Below are positions 61,863 through 64,000 of a DNA stretch of 64,000 nucleotides, piece after piece. The first letter of the stretch is position 1; every line of letters begins with the position of its first letter. The notes below the pieces were generated by a model. It was not told where the DNA came from, searched no databases, and saw nothing but the letters and a program-made list of their open reading frames with translations. The stretch lies in contig CAWGAC010000020.1 in NCBI GenBank assembly GCA_963820435.1, positions 23,523 to 87,522 on the forward strand, written 5' to 3'. Both the position numbers and the translations under genes were made by a program. The DNA is from an uncultured Spirochaetota bacterium. Lineage in GTDB: Bacteria; Spirochaetota; Spirochaetia; SZUA-6; Fen-1364.

Positions 61863-63035
61863 ATGGCGCCGACGATCGTCTACCTCGCGGGATTCCGCCA
61901 GCACGCCGGAAAGACCGTGACCGCGCTTGGAATCATCTCCCGGCTGCGCACGCGCATGGATCCTGCCCGGATCGCCTACCTCAAGCCGGTGGGACAGGAG
62001 CTGGCCACACTGCCTGACGGGTCGCGCATCGACAAGGACGCGCCTCTGATGAAGGAGTTTGCCGGCATACCGGATCTGGACCTCAAGTTTGTCTCCCCCG
62101 TGCGTCTCGGGACAGGCTTCACACAGGAGTACCTGGATTCAACGGATCACCGGCAGGGTACCCGGGATTTGCAGGACGAGATCATCCGCTGCCTTGACAG
62201 CCTCAGCCGGAAAGACGTGATCATCGCGGAAGGGACCGGGCATCCCGGCGTCGGCGGGATCGTCGGGCTTTCCAATGCGGATGTTGCGAACCTGATGGGA
62301 GCAAGCGTGGTTTTCCTTTCCGGGGGCGGCATCGGCAAAGCACTGGATATGCTCGAGGTGGACCTCTCGTATTTCCTGTACAAGAAATGCAGGGTGCGCG
62401 GCATTCTCTTCAACAAGGTAATACCGGACAAGATCTCCTCTATGGCGCACTACATAACAGAGGACCTCTTGAACGACAAGTATGGGGCTTTCGGGGGACC
62501 CCTCCGCATCCTCGGTTTCCTGCCGGAGATCGGGGACCTGGGACGGCCGTCCATGCGAACAATCCTCGAACGCTATGACAAATCGGAGCCTCTCTGGCCG
62601 CCGGAAGGACCGTCCTGGCAATTCCCCTGCAACCAGACACGGATCATCTCCGCCGATGCGGACTCCTTGAAAGTCGAGGAGTATCTCATGCCGCGAGACG
62701 TCGTGATCCTTGCCGCAAGCTCGAGAAGGCGCGCCCGCAAGGTCATCGAATATCACATGCGCGCCGACGCGAAGTTCCCGCTCGGAGGTCTGGTCCTGAC
62801 TTGCGGCAAGACCGACAACCTGGACGCCGGAGTGCGGGAAGAAATCGTGGCCTCGCGCCTGCCCGCCCTGCTCGTCAAGGACGACACGGCGATTGCGGAG
62901 CAGCGGATCCTCGAGATCTATGAGAACACGAAGCTGCAGACCTATGATTCGAGCAAGGTCGCGGAGATCGAAGAGATGTTCGAGCAGCACTTCAAGACTG
63001 ACCTTTTTATGGAGACGTTTCGGATAGGGGTGTAA
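61863..63035 (+). CDS. AAA_26 (CobQ/CbiA-like) + DRTGG domain protein (Pta N-terminal-like)
   Basis: 390 aa, intact. P-loop-like YLAGFRQHAGKT and a DRTGG region (VVILAASSRR...GGLVLTCG). Confidence 0.6.
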   Translation: MAPTIVYLAGFRQHAGKTVTALGIISRLRTRMDPARIAYLKPVGQELATLPDGSRIDKDAPLMKEFAGIPDLDLKFVSPVRLGTGFTQEYLDSTDHRQGTRDLQDEIIRCLDSLSRKDVIIAEGTGHPGVGGIVGLSNADVANLMGASVVFLSGGGIGKALDMLEVDLSYFLYKKCRVRGILFNKVIPDKISSMAHYITEDLLNDKYGAFGGPLRILGFLPEIGDLGRPSMRTILERYDKSEPLWPPEGPSWQFPCNQTRIISADADSLKVEEYLMPRDVVILAASSRRRARKVIEYHMRADAKFPLGGLVLTCGKTDNLDAGVREEIVASRLPALLVKDDTAIAEQRILEIYENTKLQTYDSSKVAEIEEMFEQHFKTDLFMETFRIGV

Positions 63036-63045
63036 GGGGGAAAAT

Positions 63046-63495
63046 ATGAATCGGAACATCATTACCGAAGGGGATGCCAAGCGATTGGAGAAAGCACCGA
63101 CGGCGCCGACGAAAGACACCTATTTCGACCGTTTGTACAAGTACGTCCCTATGGAAATCATCGGGGCGTACCTGGTGATCGAGGGGAGCCTCAAACAGCT
63201 TCTAAAGGACATGCCACTTTTAATAGGTCTCCTGGTCTTGTTTGTGCTCGGCATCCTGTCCACGTGGCTTTACGCCAGGCGGGCACTGAACGTGATTCGC
63301 GGGAAGCAACTTGCCATGTCGGCGTTCGCTTTCGTCGTCTGGGTCTTCGCGACTGGCGGATGGTTCGAAACCTTTACGTGGTGGGCCCCCGGCTGGGGTA
63401 CGATCGCTGTCGTCGCATTCGCGGTGATGGTAGCAATCTTAAAGATCGGTCCGCTGCCCGAACCGGAACCGCAGCCGAATGTCGCCGGCTCATGA
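63046..63495 (+). CDS. hypothetical membrane protein (3-4 TM segments)
   Basis: 149 aa. Hydrophobic segments LLIGLLVLFVLGIL, AFAFVVWVFATGGW and GTIAVVAFAVMVAIL. Confidence 0.5.
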   Translation: MNRNIITEGDAKRLEKAPTAPTKDTYFDRLYKYVPMEIIGAYLVIEGSLKQLLKDMPLLIGLLVLFVLGILSTWLYARRALNVIRGKQLAMSAFAFVVWVFATGGWFETFTWWAPGWGTIAVVAFAVMVAILKIGPLPEPEPQPNVAGS

Positions 63496-63624
63496 GTGGG
63501 TCGCCGGGGTGTAGACGCGCGCCTTGAGCACCAAATCCGCATCCCCTCATTCTCCCGCCGGTAACCGGATCCCGAGTGGCCGTAGCGAGATTCTCTGACG
63601 CTCTGCCGTGTCTTCATGCCCACT

Positions 63625-63654
63625 TTATGCCCCCAAGAAATGAGGTGCTATAAT
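63625..63654 (+). promoter_or_regulatory. putative promoter with extended -10 (TGcTATAAT) upstream of the ankyrin gene
   Basis: tgctataat lies at 63646..63654, about 25 bp upstream of ATG 63680, which is preceded by an aaaagga RBS. Confidence 0.4.
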
Positions 63655-63679
63655 ACCCCAAGAGGCAGAAAAGGATGCC

Positions 63680-64000
63680 ATGAAAAAGATTGCGACCCTC
63701 ACGGTAGCCCTGGTCAGCGTCGTTGCCTTGGCGGCTACTGCTCAGACAGATGGCTTTTTGGAGCTTGTGAAAACAGCAACGGCGCTGCAGGTGCAGGAAG
63801 CACTACAGCACGGGGCAGATCTTAACGCCCGGGACAACTACGGCCGGACACTTCTGATGCATGCGGCCATGTCCAACCGAAACCCCGACGTGATCAGCGC
63901 ACTCCTAAAGGCAGGGGCCGATATCAACGCTCGGGACAACTACGGCTGGACAGCGCTGATGTTGGCGGCTTCGGGCAATCAGAATCCTGGAGTGATTTCT
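63680..64000 (+). CDS. secreted ankyrin-repeat protein, 3'-partial at window end
   Basis: Signal peptide MKKIATLTVALVSVVALAATAQ. Ankyrin repeats follow (DNYGRTLLMHAAMSN...DNYGWTALMLAASGN). Confidence 0.8.
   Translation, partial: MKKIATLTVALVSVVALAATAQTDGFLELVKTATALQVQEALQHGADLNARDNYGRTLLMHAAMSNRNPDVISALLKAGADINARDNYGWTALMLAASGNQNPGVIS

Overview
This is a high-GC (~65%) bacterial chromosomal segment with dense, mostly co-directional coding. There is no rRNA, no CRISPR array and no recognisable transposase or integrase. I could not assign the lineage with confidence.

Content in order along the window:
- 1-12.3 kb: an orphan sensor histidine kinase with a truncated response-regulator remnant, a cytidylate-kinase-like gene, yicC and murC. 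A beta-glucoside uptake locus follows: a GH1 beta-glucosidase, a CUT1 ABC transporter and a YesM/YesN-like two-component pair.
- 12.3-14.6 kb: a small accessory stretch with a lipoprotein, a stand-alone MshEN-like 65-aa protein, a low-GC unassigned region with a poly-C tract, and tRNA-Glu(UUC).
- 14.6-20.2 kb: an intact CUT2 (ribose/AI-2 type) ABC transporter operon and a secreted rhodanese.
- 20.2-28.9 kb: the most unusual part. A full tRNA-Lys(UUU) gene is preceded by two direct-repeat copies of its 3' half (anticodon loop to acceptor end). Each copy is fused to a ~300-380 bp conserved repeat family, and a third copy of that repeat lies at 20.4 kb. These repeats delimit three putative integrase-less islets that carry only secreted or surface cargo. 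One cargo gene encodes a 1206-aa (from the first ATG at 24451) secreted protein: a DUF2330 domain interrupted by an intein-like Hint (BIL-type) domain with Lys at the +1 position, followed by about 16 RCC1 beta-propeller repeats with near-identical 150-bp DNA repeats. The others encode a frameshifted Ig-like lipoprotein and a low-GC lipoprotein disrupted by an 11-bp tandem duplication.
- 28.9-64 kb: housekeeping genes (mtaB, bactofilin/TPR, tyrA, pta, dapB, dapA, rsmA, comEC-like, accB-accC, a fused accD-accA, fabZ). There is a chemotaxis and c-di-GMP signalling cluster (a 7TM MCP, a PAS-HD-GYP protein, a GHKL-HDOD protein and a PilZ protein). An ilvD-ilvB-ilvN-leuA-cimA-like operon follows, preceded by a Leu/Ile/Val-rich leader peptide and an attenuator terminator.

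A large number of genes are broken by frameshifts. These are clustered unevenly, and FabZ contains a compensating pair. The pattern points to indel errors in the assembly rather than genuine pseudogenes.
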